Below are positions 1 through 12,870 of a DNA stretch of 64,000 bases, in pieces. The stretch covers positions 41,664,001 through 41,728,000 of the forward strand of contig NC_043001.1 in the NCBI RefSeq assembly GCF_006345805.1, given 5' to 3'. Within the stretch, counting starts at the first letter, position 1, and every line of letters begins with the position of its first letter. The DNA is from Octopus sinensis. Taxonomy: Eukaryota. Position numbers and translations under genes: made by a program. Under the pieces are notes generated by a model. It was not told the origin of the DNA, made no database searches, and saw only the letters and a list, made by a program, of their open reading frames with translations.

Positions 1-599
1 AATCTCAATTTCATGATCTTGGAGAAGCATTTTGAATAATTTGGCAGAATGACCAGTGGCATTATTATGTTGATTAATCTGTGCTGTGTTTTAATTGTTA
101 TATAAATGGAAGGAAGATACTTTTGTAAACTTTCTTCCTCAAATTACCAAACAGTAGCACTTTCATAAGAGAGAATGAGTGATCTAATATTTTGACTAGT
201 GAAACATGGACAATCATGGCCACCACCACCAACAACAACACCATAAAGTTTTCTTGAGAGTTGTAAGCAATTTTATTTGATATTTTTTTTTTTTATTTGA
301 ACCTTTTAAACAGTTATGATGACCTTCTGACTGGCAATAGAGAAAATAATCTTCATTATAGATATATTAGTACATATATGGATTAATGATTAAACAAAAA
401 AAAGAAGCTATGTGTGACTTAGAGAGGAATAGGGTGTATTTGTGGATCTTACTGAGTGGATTTATCTTATTTTTCGTTCCATTCCATTTTTTTTATTTAT
501 TTATAACACTTTTAATGAAGAAGAGGAAACCACATCTTATGAATTGCCATTTAACCTACTACTTCAGGATCTGTAAGTAGTAAATCTTACATGCTGCTA

Positions 600-1440
600 A
601 CATTCTCTTCTCACATGAGTACCTTTAACAGAGTTTCCAGGAAAAGGCTTCTTGTTTAAAACCTACTTCCAAAGAGGCCTGGGTATTAGCCCCATGAATA
701 ATGCCCTTAGATGCTGCTCTAGAAGTTGGTGGCTAATCTTGTATCATCATCTCCCAGTGACTAGTGCCCCAGCAAGCACAAGTCATATGGACAAGTAAGA
801 CTGCTTACCTACAGCCTCTGTCCATCTCACATCGCTCTGATCTGTGATTTTCTCTCAGACCTCACTATTGTGGTATGTGCTGATGGCGCTCTCTGATCCA
901 AGTTCCATTGAACTTGATATGTCCCACAGCTCAGTTTAATCCTCTCCCACTTATCTACTTGCAGTCACCTCAAATAATGTCCTCACCTATGCATGTGATA
1001 CTATTCTTCATTGTTTGCTAACTTTCTGCACCCAAGCATCATCGATAAGCAATCTAGATCTTATGTGAAATTTGTGTTGAATCCCTAAGTAGAAACCTGG
1101 AGGACATCTTCCGGTAAGATCGTGCAAACCTTGCTTCTTTCAATGACAAAAAATAAAAACACAATTACTGCACATAAAAAGACAGCTGCTGCATCTGGCC
1201 CCTCTTGCCATGAAGAACAAAAACCTTTATGATTGTTTCAAAAGCTTGGCCCCTACCACCACTGATGATCTCTCCTGATGATCTCATATTCTCAATGTTA
1301 TAATGATTGACCTTCTTCATATCCAGAAAATACTTCAGCCCACCACCTCCAGTAACCACTAACTCTATACAAAAGTCAGGGAAGACCTACATTGAGGGAC
1401 TGCACAAAAATCTGGGATGGTGCTGCTACTATACACATTC
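600..1440 (+). mobile_element. Decayed CR1/L2-type LINE reverse transcriptase fragment
   Basis: Remnant motifs YACDT (approximating YADDT) near 990 and LYKSQGRPTLRDCTKIWDGAA (approximating LYKSQVRPTLEYCSHIWDGA) at 1362-1430; many stops and frameshifts. Confidence 0.7.
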
Positions 1441-2552
1441 AAATATAATAGATTGCATATAAAGAAAGGTAATTTGACAGGTTGTTATGAACACACAAAC
1501 AAACACAAACACTCCAACCTCTGGCTCTTCTCTCAGCCTTTTCTACCATTCCTATAGTGAACATTTCTTTTTAAAACCAGTTGGTCTTATGTAACTTCAC
1601 TCATCTCTCTCCCTCTCATCTTGTGTATATGTCTACCTCTTTCCATCACAGGCCTCACATTAACCATCCTACCTAAACCTACATTCTCAAAATGTCGGCC
1701 TTCTGGAATTCCCTCCTTGCACATGTTTTTCTTGCAGTCATTTACTTGCAAACAGCTCAAGCAGAATGTTAATGAAATCAATTTCACTGATCCCAAAGGG
1801 CCTGCAAGGGCCATGAGGGACAGCCTATTCTTCCAGACTAAATTATTATAAGAAAAAAAATGCAGTTGCTTACAACAAACAACTGTATCACCTCATATTT
1901 CCTTTTTACAGTTAAGCTATCTATACCATTATATATTAAATGACTTTGCCAAGTTCAAAGCATGGTGGTGGCAATGAATATGGACTATTAACCCCTCAGT
2001 CAATAAAGTGATATTTTGTTGACTTAGCCAGCTGCTATTCTTCATGGTTCTTTGTTCCCAATTATTATTCTATCTTCAATTTCTGAAATATTTATTTCAT
2101 TGGGTATTGTCATCACTCTTTGTTTTCTTTGTTCTTTTGTCTTTTTTCTTCTTTTTTTTTGTCCAATATAGGACTGATTTTGTGCCAAACTATCCATTAA
2201 CCTGAAATACATAATCATTTTGATGGTAGTTGCTGATATCAATTTTGTCATGCCTCATCAATAAAAATCATTTACATGAAATGTTCCGGTTAAACTTCTC
2301 AATATTATTTCTGTTTGTTACTGAATATATTTTTAAAGTTTTGTCATTGTTGTGACATCTCATTTAATTATATGATTAGCATTTAAATTAGGTTTTCAGA
2401 ATAGTTTTTAGGAACATATTTGAATATGTCTTGTTCTAACCTTCCATGTTTCTTATACCTATGCCAGTAAGCATGTGACAGGGACCAAGAACATGACTTC
2501 TTTTCCCTCATTAATTAGTACAAACTTCAAAAAAGAAATTCATACTCTTCTA

Positions 2553-3087
2553 CTGGTTTCAGTCATTGGACTATAGTCATGCTATGACACCACTTTCACT
2601 GAGTTCATTTGATCGCATCAATTCCAATACCTCTTTCAGTCTGGTTCCTATGTTATTGATCTCTATTTATTGAACTACTAAGTTATGTGAACATAAAGAG
2701 ACACAGCATAAACACAGATATTGACATACATATGCATAAACACACACACACGCTCATGCACGTGCACATGCATGCAGTCTCACATACACACATGCATGTG
2801 CACACACACATGTGCATACACTTGCATGCACACACATGCTGTTTCATATACACATAAGCATGTGCACACACATACATACACACACACACGCACATGCACA
2901 CAAACACAAACACACACACACACATATCTGACGGGTTTTCACACAGTTTCTATCTACAAAATTTCTTTCTCAAGACATTGATTAATCTCAGGCTACAGTA
3001 GAAGACATTCCCCAAGGTGCTATACTGGGGGGTTGAACCAGAAACCCTGCGATTATGAAGCAAACCTTTTAATTTCATGACTACACC
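2553..3087 (-). mobile_element. tRNA-derived SINE family B (central CA/TG microsatellite), decayed
   Basis: Head and tail are similar to the copies at 5655, 24301 and 39570, with an expanded internal (CA/CATG)n tract. Confidence 0.75.
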
Positions 3088-4029
3088 AATACTTTTTAAG
3101 TAATACAATTTCATGGAAGTGACAGGCCAAAGTTTGGTCCTCTGCTAAAGCAGTGATATTTTTCTTCAACATTTCAGCTGTAAAAAATTTGTGTGTGAAA
3201 TCTTCTCCACAAACGTAACAGTACATTATGAGAAAGAAAATGCAACATGCTAGTCAATGTCCTCTTTGTGACATAGGAAAATTTCATCCACTTGCACAAT
3301 TTGCATATAAAATCATTTTTGTTATAGCTACAATATGTAATCATACAGATATATATGCATAAAAACAGAGGAATTCATGTATGCATATATATGCATGTGC
3401 ACACACACATACACACATGCTCATACATACACACACAAATACATGCACTCACACACAAATTTAATTTATTTTTCTGTAACAGATGTAACCACTATCTAGG
3501 TTAAGACCAGGAGGATAATATAAGTATCAATTCAGAGTATATCAATTGCCTAAAGGAAAATAATAATGTTGTTCCATTTGTTTGGTTATTTATTTTCTTG
3601 CAGGAAAGCACAATACAGAATAAATATAAGCATACATAAATTGAATTACCTCATAAATGAATAAACAAAGAATATATATTTCATGCTTTCTTTAAGCCAC
3701 TATCAAAACATTTTTCAATGTTAAACAGAAATTAGACACTGTGATATGCATAAATGTATAAAAGATACTCAGTATACTAAAGTATATTTATATTATTTCA
3801 ACATTTACAAACTTTCAGCATAATGAAACTTAATGGATATACTCCAAGATTTTCATGACACACATAGTAAAACTTTATTACAGCTTTTGATATGATTTAG
3901 TACTCACCAGAGTTCATTTATCTCCATCAATATGATGCCAACAAAAAGACAGTTTACTGTCATATGGAAATTTAATTTGCAAATTGTTAGTTTGACAACC
4001 AATATAAAATTATTTATACACTGTACATA

Positions 4030-4237
4030 AAGGTGGTGAGCTGGTAGAATCATTGGTGCATTATCAAAATACTTAGTGGCATTTCTTCTGAATCTTAAGA
4101 TTCTGTGTTCAAATTCCACCAAGGCTGATTTTGCCTTTCAGAGTAGGTAAAATAACAACCGGTTGAGCATTGGCATCAATGTAATCAACTAACACCTTAC
4201 TTGTAAAATTGCAGACATTGTGCAAAAATGTGAAACC
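4030..4237 (+). mobile_element. tRNA-derived SINE family A, decayed
   Basis: ggtgagctggtagaat...gttcaaattcc head followed by tttgcctttca, as in the copies at 5901 and 18272. Confidence 0.7.
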
Positions 4238-4406
4238 ATTAATACACCATATATCATAAGCATTTTATAAATTTGGTATATCAAGGTATATTTATAAGTT
4301 CATAGTTGAAATTCAAAGGATAACCCCATGTTCTCAGCAGCACAGCCTGAGTATCAAACTTACCACAGTTTCAAAATGTTTAAAACCCTCGTCACATTTT
4401 GCTTAA

Positions 4407-4633
4407 CCCTTTAGTATCTAATCCAACCATATCAGGTCCCAAAATTCTATCTGTTTTATGTTCAAACTAGCCAGATCCAGCATCTTACTCACCAATGTCC
4501 TTCTAAAATTACACAATCACATCACTGAAATTTCAAAGCTACAAGATAATACATTTGAAAGCTACATGATTAATTTGAATCAATCTGAATAAATAAACAT
4601 AACATTTGACAGAATAATCTGAACACTAAAACG
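4407..4633. mobile_element. TTAA-flanked MITE (piggyBac-type termini)
   Basis: ttaa|ccctttag ... ctaaaacg|ttaa; homologous to 47211-47430. Confidence 0.8.
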
Positions 4634-5654
4634 TTAATACTCTCTGTATCAAAGTATTAATAGTCTGGTTTTATTTCTGTTGGAATATTAGGAGAAATGA
4701 AAATGTTTGTTTACATTTGTAGTTTTGTAAACTAGTGTAAATAGTCATTAACTGTGAACTTTGTGATTTGTCAGTTGTTGTAAACAAATGTGTATAGAGG
4801 GAAGGATTTTGCAAAATTACCAGTGTAAATGGATATAAACAGATGCGTGGACAAGCCAAAGGATTAATCAACAAGTCTATGTTGTTATTATAAATGTTTA
4901 TTTGCAAATGTTTAAAAATTTAATGTTTGAACTACTGATTTGCATTTGATGTGCTTATTTAGCAGTATTTCGAAAATGTCAGATTGTTAAAAGTATATGT
5001 GTACTTGTGTAACAGTGGTGAAATGGTTCATCAGAAAGCATTTTACAAGTCTCACATGCTAACTTGATATAGCAATTAATAGCCATAGGTGGCAGGTGTT
5101 GATGATTGTGTTGAAATAGTGATGGTTTTGGAAAATATCATTCTTCATCTCCCTTGAATAAAAGCTGAGGGCTAAAGTTGTTTTCCCTTGTGTCTCTTTT
5201 GGAAATAAAATACAACTGCTTAGAATGACCTATTTTTGTGTTTGCTTAAATTCTGAAGTTAAGTGACTGAATTATTATGAGACAGAGGCCACAAAAAGGT
5301 TTCCTCTAATGCCCAGAAGGATCCTTAGAGGTAATAGATAGTTTTTGTTACTGAAGCTATCTAATTAGCAATGGAGGTGAATGCTCTGAAAGCATAGTTG
5401 CTAGAATTAGATCTAGCTGGGCAAACTTTTGAGAGCTATAACCTTTGTTGGTATTAAAGGGCCTCTCCCTCAGAGTGAAAAGGAGAATGTATGATGCTTG
5501 TGTACAAACAGCTATGCTACATGGTCATGAAACATGGGCTGTGACTGCAGGGGATATATGAAGGCTTGAAAGAAATGAAAGGCACAAGAGGTTTAATATC
5601 AGTGTGTATGTTCAACAAAGTGTAAGTAATTAACTATTATTATTATTTTTTTTT

Positions 5655-6258
5655 TTACTTGTTTCAGTCATTTGACTGCGGCCATGCTGGAGCACCACCT
5701 TTAGTCGAGCAAATCGACCCTGGGACTTATTCTTTGTAAGCCCAGTACTTATTCTATCGGTCTCTTTTGCCGAACCGCTAAGCAACGGGGACATAAACAC
5801 ACCAGCATCGGTTGTCAAGCAATGCTAGGAGGACAAACACAGACACACAAACACGTACACACACATATATACATATATATGACAGGCTTCTTTCAGTTTC
5901 CTATTTCTTTACTACCCACAAGGAGCTAAACACAGAGAGGACAAACAAGGACAGACAAAGGGATTAAGTCGATTACATCGACCCCAGTGCGTAACTGGTA
6001 CTTATTTAATCGACCCCGAAAGGATGAAAGGCTAAGTCGACCTCGGCGGAATTTGAACTCAGAACGTAGCGGCGGGCGAAATACTGCTAAGCATTTCGCC
6101 CAGTGTGCTAACGTTTCTGCCAGCTCGTCTACCAAATCCACTCACAAGGCATTGGTCGGCCCAGGGCTATAGCAGAAGACATTTGCCCAAGATGCCACGC
6201 AGTGGGACTGAACCCGGAACCATGTTGTTGGTTAGCAAACTACTTATCACACAGCCAT
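5655..6258 (-). mobile_element. SINE family B, well preserved, carrying an inserted family A SINE
   Basis: Runs from the tail gtttcagtcatttgactgcggccatgctggagc to the head gtgggactgaacccggaacc...cacacagcc; split at 5901-6126. Confidence 0.9.
5901..6126 (-). mobile_element. SINE family A, young-looking copy
   Basis: Minus strand reads gagctggcagaaacgttagc...gttcaaattccgccgaggtcgacttagcctttcatcctttcggggtcgattaaataagtaccag, i.e. a tRNA-like head plus a Meta-domain-like core. Confidence 0.9.
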
Positions 6259-6849
6259 GAGGTAAAATTGGGCATAAGAGTTATCAAGTGTGGTGTTCAA
6301 GGGAGAAAACTGCACTAGTATAGTCATGTGATGTATATGAATGAAGACAGCTGCATAACGAAGTGTTAGTCTCTAAATGAGAGGGGAACCTGTGGAAGAG
6401 AAAGACCCTAGAAGATATGGGATGAAGTGGTGAAAAATGATCTTCAGATGTTAAGTCTCACAAAGGACTGAGATGACTGGCAATTTGCTGTGCTTGAGAA
6501 GACCTGTCTTGCTAAGTAAAATTGTGGCCATAAAGGCTTGTCACTTATATCCATGCCTCTGCACACAAATCTCTCCTTGACAAGCCTCTTCCTCTCAATC
6601 CATCTCTCCACCCAAATTCACCACTTGTTGTTACCCTCCCCTCCACCACCCACTATCCCTTCATACCCTTGAAAACGTACCTGCATACAATGTGTCGCTG
6701 TTGAATCTCTTCCCCACAACATATCATTGGAACACCACCTCCCTCTATTTGTGTCCACATTCCCTTCTCTCCACCTCCCACACTTTACAATCTTGCAAAC
6801 GTACCCAACAACACTTAAACTATGACAGAGGGACAGAAACAGGTGTCTT

Positions 6850-6872
6850 GCTGTAGAGGAGGCATGTGACCA

Positions 6873-6936
<64 letters not shown>

Positions 6937-7153
6937 GTGAAGATGTTCCAGGGTGTACCCTCTAGGCACACAGATTTGAATGCAAATGTAATGGTACTAA
7001 GGATTGGAAAGGATAAGTGAGCTAGGAACTCAAAAGAGTGCACAAGGAGAGTAAGAGACTGGTTAAGGGAAGGGGAATGTAGTGAGTAGTAATCATGGCT
7101 ATATATAGAAATGGTAGGAAAGCAATGATACAGTTGGCAATGGGAGGACAGGG

Positions 7154-7184
<31 letters not shown>

Positions 7185-7710
7185 GTAGGGAATGATGAGA
7201 TGTAATTTGGTTCGCTGGGACAGGAGATGAATTAATGTAATATGTGGATAAAGAATACATGATGCACATTGCTCCAGAACTCAGTTTCATTGTGGTGGGT
7301 AAGTCTTCTCAAGAGCCTCATATTACCAGAGATCTCAATCCATTGTCAGCTCCATCATGAGGCTCAATATCTTGAGATTGGCCTTCACTAATTCATCCCA
7401 TGTCTTTCAGGATCTCTCTCTTCCTCAAATGCCATCCACTTTAAGTGCTTGGCACTTCTTTATTCAGTTGTCTTCATTCATATGTATCACATGTCCAAAC
7501 CATCATAGTTTTCTTTCTTGAATGCCATATCTGATTTCTCTTATGCCCAACTTTTCTCTCAATAAATATGAACTTTGTCATATATGCATTCTGATGTTGC
7601 ACATCCATCAAAGCACACTAGCTTCATTCCTTTGCAGTCTTTGCATATCCTCTGCATTTAGGGCCCATGTCTAACAACCACTCACTGCTCATAGTACAGC
7701 CATATGCCAG
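6850..7710 (-). mobile_element. RTE-clade LINE 3' fragment with purine-rich UTR
   Basis: 7270-7710 is the reverse complement of the RTE C-terminal region seen at 49540-49920 and 45760-46200. Confidence 0.7.
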
Positions 7711-7714
7711 AGAA

Positions 7715-8400
7715 TCAAAGAGAATGGCAGCTTTGTTATCACAAAAACAGTAACCATGACTTTCTGTGCTGATCATTGGCTCTTGAAATACTTGAGCTTT
7801 GGAGAAGAGGCGTGGCACCATTCCAAGGACTGCTTTCCACATTTCATCTTCTGTTACACATCATTAATTTCATATGGTCTGAGCAGATCAGAACAGACTT
7901 TCATTTTGCTGTCCCTCAAATTGAATGTCAGCTGCTATGGTACCCATTTTGTACTCACTTTCCAGAACCCAATGCTTTCTACCATCTTCTCAAATGCACT
8001 GTGACTACAGTCCAGCTGTGCAGCAAGTTCACTGATGGTGATTTGTCTGTCTGGGTGAATCAATTCATCCATTTGCTGGCAATTCATGTCCATGGGACCA
8101 TTTGATAGTCTCCCACTGTGTGGTTTGTCTTCAATGCTGGTTTCCCCTTCTTTATATTTCATCTATCTGTGCACATTGCTCTTGTCAATTGTGTCACTTT
8201 TGTAAGCAGCCAGTAAGAAGCCTTCTGTAAATGTTGAACAAAATGCACCCCATCTGCACCTCTATCACATAGTCAAGAACTCAATGATGCCATATTGTTT
8301 CTGTTTGAAACCCATTATTTGTCTGCAATGAAGAAGAATAAGAAGACGATATATTATAGAAGATAAGTTAATCTATCAATGTGTACAATTTGAATTACCT
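7715..8400 (-). mobile_element. Mariner transposase 5' half, decayed
   Basis: ORF 7935-8162 encodes EDKPHSGR...DRQITISELAAQL...KVSTKWVP (helix-turn-helix region plus WVP motif). Confidence 0.85.
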
Positions 8401-8801
8401 GTGTCAGTTCATAAAAAGTTATTCCTATTTTCACATTATTTTCGGCAAAATTGTTATACTATTGATGTTTAGTCTGTACTTTAGGATGCTAGATGATAGG
8501 TAGAAGGAAATTCCAGAGAGATTTATCTCAAGGGAGGAAGAATTGAATAGAAAGCTGGAGAAAAGGCACAAATTGAAGCTTTTCATTTTAACACAAACAT
8601 CTATTGACATTTCTATTAATGGTTATAAAATGAGTATAAAATGAGAAATAAAGTATAACAGTCTAGAGTTGAGAGCATTGTAAATTCCACATATGACACT
8701 GACAATGATATTACTTCATTCATACCTCTAATATGTGGCTATATGGTATCTATATAATTTGGTAGGATAAATAAGGAAATTGTATTCTACTGTATTGATA
8801 G

Positions 8802-9161
8802 GTCTGACAGGATATGTAACAACAGCTTGCCAAGCTATATTATTAACAATATTTAATTATAAGAAGAGTGAAAAACTTCTATATGCTGTTACAAAAATCA
8901 GAGTATTGGACAATAACTTCCAGACAATAAATAATGAAATATCTTCTTTAACTGGCCTAAGGAAATATTACAAAATCCCAACTGACACAATTGCTATCCA
9001 ACCCATTCATTCTGTCTCTGGTGCTAACAATGCCAATAAGTCTAGAATGTCTTGCTTCCTTTCACATATTTACGACCACAATAAGCGTGATTGCATGGAA
9101 AACTTTCTCAGAGTAAGGAAGTGTGATTTTGAAAATAATCTTACCAACTACATTATAGGCA
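8802..9161 (+). CDS. Putative internal exon (120 codons, phase 1-1) of an unidentified gene, possibly an extracellular module
   Basis: Open frame inside ORF 8780-9310, bounded by gatag| and |gtatgt in matching phase. Non-repetitive peptide GLTGYVTTACQAILLTIFNYKK...NNLTNYIIG with NKS and NLT sequons; no transposon motif recognised. Confidence 0.5.
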
Positions 9162-9200
9162 GTATGTATATATTATTGCGCTATCTGTCTATTTCTCTCA

Positions 9201-9277
<77 letters not shown>

Positions 9278-9309
9278 TATATATATATATATATAACTTC
9301 ACAACAGTA

Positions 9310-9700
9310 AAAATCAGAGAGTTTAATGAATGCAAGCAACACCTGGTCCCAACACATAAAGACAACTATGACAAATATGAGCAGAACCTAAGGATGCTTT
9401 CCTTATCTAATCCAAAATAGGCAGATCTATCCTCACTTCTACAATTAGGTAGCTTCCCCACCTTACTGAATGCTGAATGGGTACCGAACTCTCAAGAATC
9501 CCATTGGTTGATCACAACATGGTGTAGGTACCAGGTTTAAAGTTATTCTAAAGAACCACATCTTTAACTTCAACCACAAACAACTTGGGTAAATGAAAAA
9601 AGGTAATATCAAAGCTGGAATTTTTAGAAATATCACCAAACTTTTCATGGTAAAAAAAGATAGGAAACTAAAGCAAAGATTAGCAGCCTCACCTATAAAT
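9310..9700 (+). mobile_element. Possible highly decayed Penelope-like RT fragment
   Basis: VILKNHIFNFNHK-like stretch near 9540-9580; heavily degenerate. Confidence 0.35.
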
Positions 9701-9740
9701 GTTGCGCTGTACTTCTGCTATGTTGTAAACTGAATCCCAG

Positions 9741-10138
9741 ATATGGCAGGGTAGTTAAGAAACTTGCTTTGTAACCATGTGGTTTCAGGTTCAGTCCCAC
9801 CATGTGGATTTTGGGCATCTTCTATTATACCCTTAGGTTAACCAATGCCATGTGAATGAATTTGGTAGATGGAAACTATGCAGAAGCCTGTCATGTGTGT
9901 GCATGTGTGCGTGTGTCTCTGTGTGTGTGTGTCTTTGTGTCTATGTTTGTCCCCACCACCACTGCTTGACATGTACTGGTTTGTCTATGCCATTGTAACT
10001 TTGCAGTTCAGCACAAGAAATTGATAGAATAAGTACCAGACTTAAAAAATAAGTCTTGGGTTCAATTTGTTCAACTAAAACCCTTGAAGGTGATTCCCTG
10101 GCATTTCAGCAGTCTAATGACAAAAACGAGTAAAAGAT
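9741..10138 (+). mobile_element. SINE family B
   Basis: ggttcagtccc B-box head, TG microsatellite, gatagaataagtacc tail. Confidence 0.8.
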
Positions 10139-11180
10139 TTTAAAAAATCAAAACCTGGTTTAGTCAAGAAGTAAACATAATCTTCATAGAACTTTTGAAA
10201 CTGGTAAGATCAATACAGTTGTTGTTCAGTTTGAATGCCCTTCAGTTGACAGGTGTAAGGAACCTATGGGCAGGAGAAAAATTCCTGACAATTGATGTTC
10301 CAAGAAAGAAGGATTATGTAAAGTGGTTAATGCAGGTTTGTGAGACATTCTAGTGGTGATGAGTGAAAAGATAGGGTAATGGGTAGGCTTACATTTATGT
10401 GGGTTATACAACCACTAGTTGAGAGGAGCAGAGGATATTGTAGCAGTGGTAGACATAGATAGGAGATAACACATCTGTGGGCTAGATGTATGCATGTATG
10501 TACATATGCGCATAAATATGTGTGAGTGTGCGTGTGTGCATGTGTGCATGTGCATGCATGTATGTATGTGTGTATCCATGTATGTGGTGAGTGAACTTTT
10601 GTAAATGAACTAAATGGTCAAGTTTTGTTGATGTTGCTGCTTATAGAACCATTATGTTTGAGAAGTGGAAGGAAGGAAAATTCCATAGAGTTGATTGAGA
10701 TGTTTTTGGAAAGAAACCAGTTTGGATGGATGGAGACCTTTTGAACCATGTGATTCACTGTGATATCCTATGTATGTCAAATGGGCATTGCATAGATCAT
10801 ACACCTGCTCAAACAGGGTTACCCTTGCATTAAACAACAACAAAACTAAGGTTTCGATATTGTAAGTAATGTATTTTGCCCATGAACTTAACACAACACT
10901 GGTAATAGGATATAATTAGTTAACTTGTACACATTCTGGTTTCTTAATGACTTCAGTTTCATTCTCATTTTATCAATTGCACTATGTTAAATATTCTATC
11001 AATCTAAACACACACACATGAAAATCTTAACTTTTCTTTCATTAGGTGAAGAAATCATCACCATCATCATCATCATCATCATCATTGTTTATGGTAATAT
11101 AAAAAAGCAATTAAAGAAAAACAATGTAGCTTGTTTGATGCTTTGTGATATAGAAGTAAAATAACAAATAGTAAAAATGA

Positions 11181-11347
11181 AGAGCTTCTTATAATGTGGA
11201 AATGGAAAGTTAAGTAACCTTTATATATTTCAAGCACAAAGGCCCATCATCAGAAAGGGACAAAACTATTCACTTCTGATGGTGATCCTTTGTATCTGAA
11301 ACATATAAAGGTTACTCAAGTTTCTCATTTTTCATTTTGAGAAACTG
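11181..11347. repeat. Imperfect palindrome (about 75-bp arms, 18-nt loop), MITE-like
   Basis: gaaagttaagtaacctttatatattttcaagcacaaagg..catcatcagaa pairs with ttctgatggtg..cctttgtatctgaaacatataaaggttactcaagtttc. Confidence 0.8.
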
Positions 11348-11888
11348 TCCAGCTTCATTATTTAAAAAGCAATTGTTATAAATCACACAATTTGGAAAAA
11401 TTATTTTCCTGTAAGAAAAATGATAATAAAAGAAGTAGATTCCCAGTAAGTTGAGCTTGAAATCTGATTTTAATAATTAAATCAATAGTATTTCAATGTT
11501 CTCACATCATGAGTAGTTTTGTCAAAGGCATGAACATCATGATACTTTCCTTCAACATTTCAGAAATAAACAGTGGAACACTGGATAAACTACTAGAAAG
11601 TATTTTGTTTCACTCGTCAACATTTTAAGTTCAAGTCTTGTTGAAATTGACTTTTTTTTACCCTTCAAGAGTTACAAAATAATTAGCAAAACTGTATGAC
11701 AAAGTGTCTATAACCCAGCCCTTAAAAGATTATGCCTAAGTAATAACCCAGTATTTAAGATGTCACGTAGGTAATTAAATTTATCAGATCCTTATTTAAG
11801 TAAAATTATGCCTGAATTGTGGTAGGCATTAAAACACAAACACACATCTTCAAAATCACTTAATTATAATTTTATGATAATAATAATC

Positions 11889-12090
11889 CTTTAAGTATAG
11901 GTACAAGGCCTGAAATTTGGGGTAAGGATCTGAATGATTACACTGATCCCAGTATTTGACAGATACTTAATTTATCAACCACAAAAGATTGAAAGACAAA
12001 GTCAGAATTTGAACTCAGAACCTAAAGACAGATAAAATGCTAATGAGCATTTTGTCTGGTGTGCTTTCAATTCTGCCAGGTTACCATCTT
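11889..12090 (-). mobile_element. SINE family A, decayed
   Basis: gaatttgaactcagaac...ttctgccag, the reverse complement of the family A head. Confidence 0.7.
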
Positions 12091-12249
12091 ATAATTTTTT
12101 TTTTATAATTGTAATAATTAGAAAAAAAAGTCCAAGTTTTCAGAGTACATTTTTGAACTGGTTGCTAATATTTATTAGAAGTTAGTAATTGATGAATTTT
12201 CTTTATCATTTTATTTTTACTCAGCTTTTTCCCTATTCTCCACACCCCA

Positions 12250-12640
12250 CTCTTTAGTTTAGTGTATTCGCCAGATGTCACCCTCCAGATGGCTCACACC
12301 TTTGGGAAATTATCTGAAATAGTGTTGTTGCACTTCACATCAGCAAGCATTCAACCATATCTGGCATGTGAATCTCTGAACTTAATTGTCTGCTAGCGGA
12401 CTCTATGTATATCTTGTCTTCTGATCACAGCTAGATGACACCATTGTGTCAGATGTTATAAGTGGAAATGTCTCTGACCTGCATTCCATATAGTCTAATA
12501 AGTCCTATGGTTTACTTTTCTCTCTCATGCTCTTCCTCTGATACATGAACGACCTACAGGCTACCTTCTCCAACAACACCTTCACCTGTACAGATGAAAT
12601 CACCCTTCACTTCCAAAATTTCTACACCCAAGACTTTGGT
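12250..12640 (+). mobile_element. CR1/L2-type RT fragment, decayed
   Basis: LFL*YMNDLQATFSNNTFTCTDEITL, approximating LFLIYINDL...YADDSTL. Confidence 0.55.
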
Positions 12641-12683
12641 CATAAATTTTCTTGATCAATGTTGGTCTAGAACAACAACTGCA

Positions 12684-12870
12684 GAGGCACATTGGCCCAG
12701 TGGTTAGGGGCAGCAGACTCGCGGTTGTAAAAACGCGGTTTCGATTCCCAGACTGGGCATTGTGAGTGTTTATTGAGCAAAAACACCTAAGCTCCACGAG
12801 GCTCCGACAGGGGTGGTGGGGAACCCCACTGTACTCTTTCACCACAACTTTCTCTCACTCTTCCTTCCTA
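12684..12870 (+). mobile_element. tRNA-derived SINE family C
   Basis: A box tggcccagtgg and B box ggtttcgattccc, followed by a non-tRNA body. Confidence 0.8.

Larger units (their letters stand above)
5270..6520 (+). mobile_element. RTE-clade LINE 3' ORF fragment interrupted by nested SINEs
   Basis: KGLSLRVK.RMYDACVQTAMLHGHETW-like stretch at 5455-5545; homology to the 48530-49930 element resumes at 6260 after the SINE block. Confidence 0.8.

Noticed and set aside
2042-3956. Phase-compatible minus-strand exon pair 3956-3908 and 2201-2042
   Set aside because: The peptide is unrecognisable and partly low-complexity. Adjacent 1950-2040 reads HIHCHHHALNLA, like the hAT CxxH.LNL motif, so a decayed transposase or chance is as likely.
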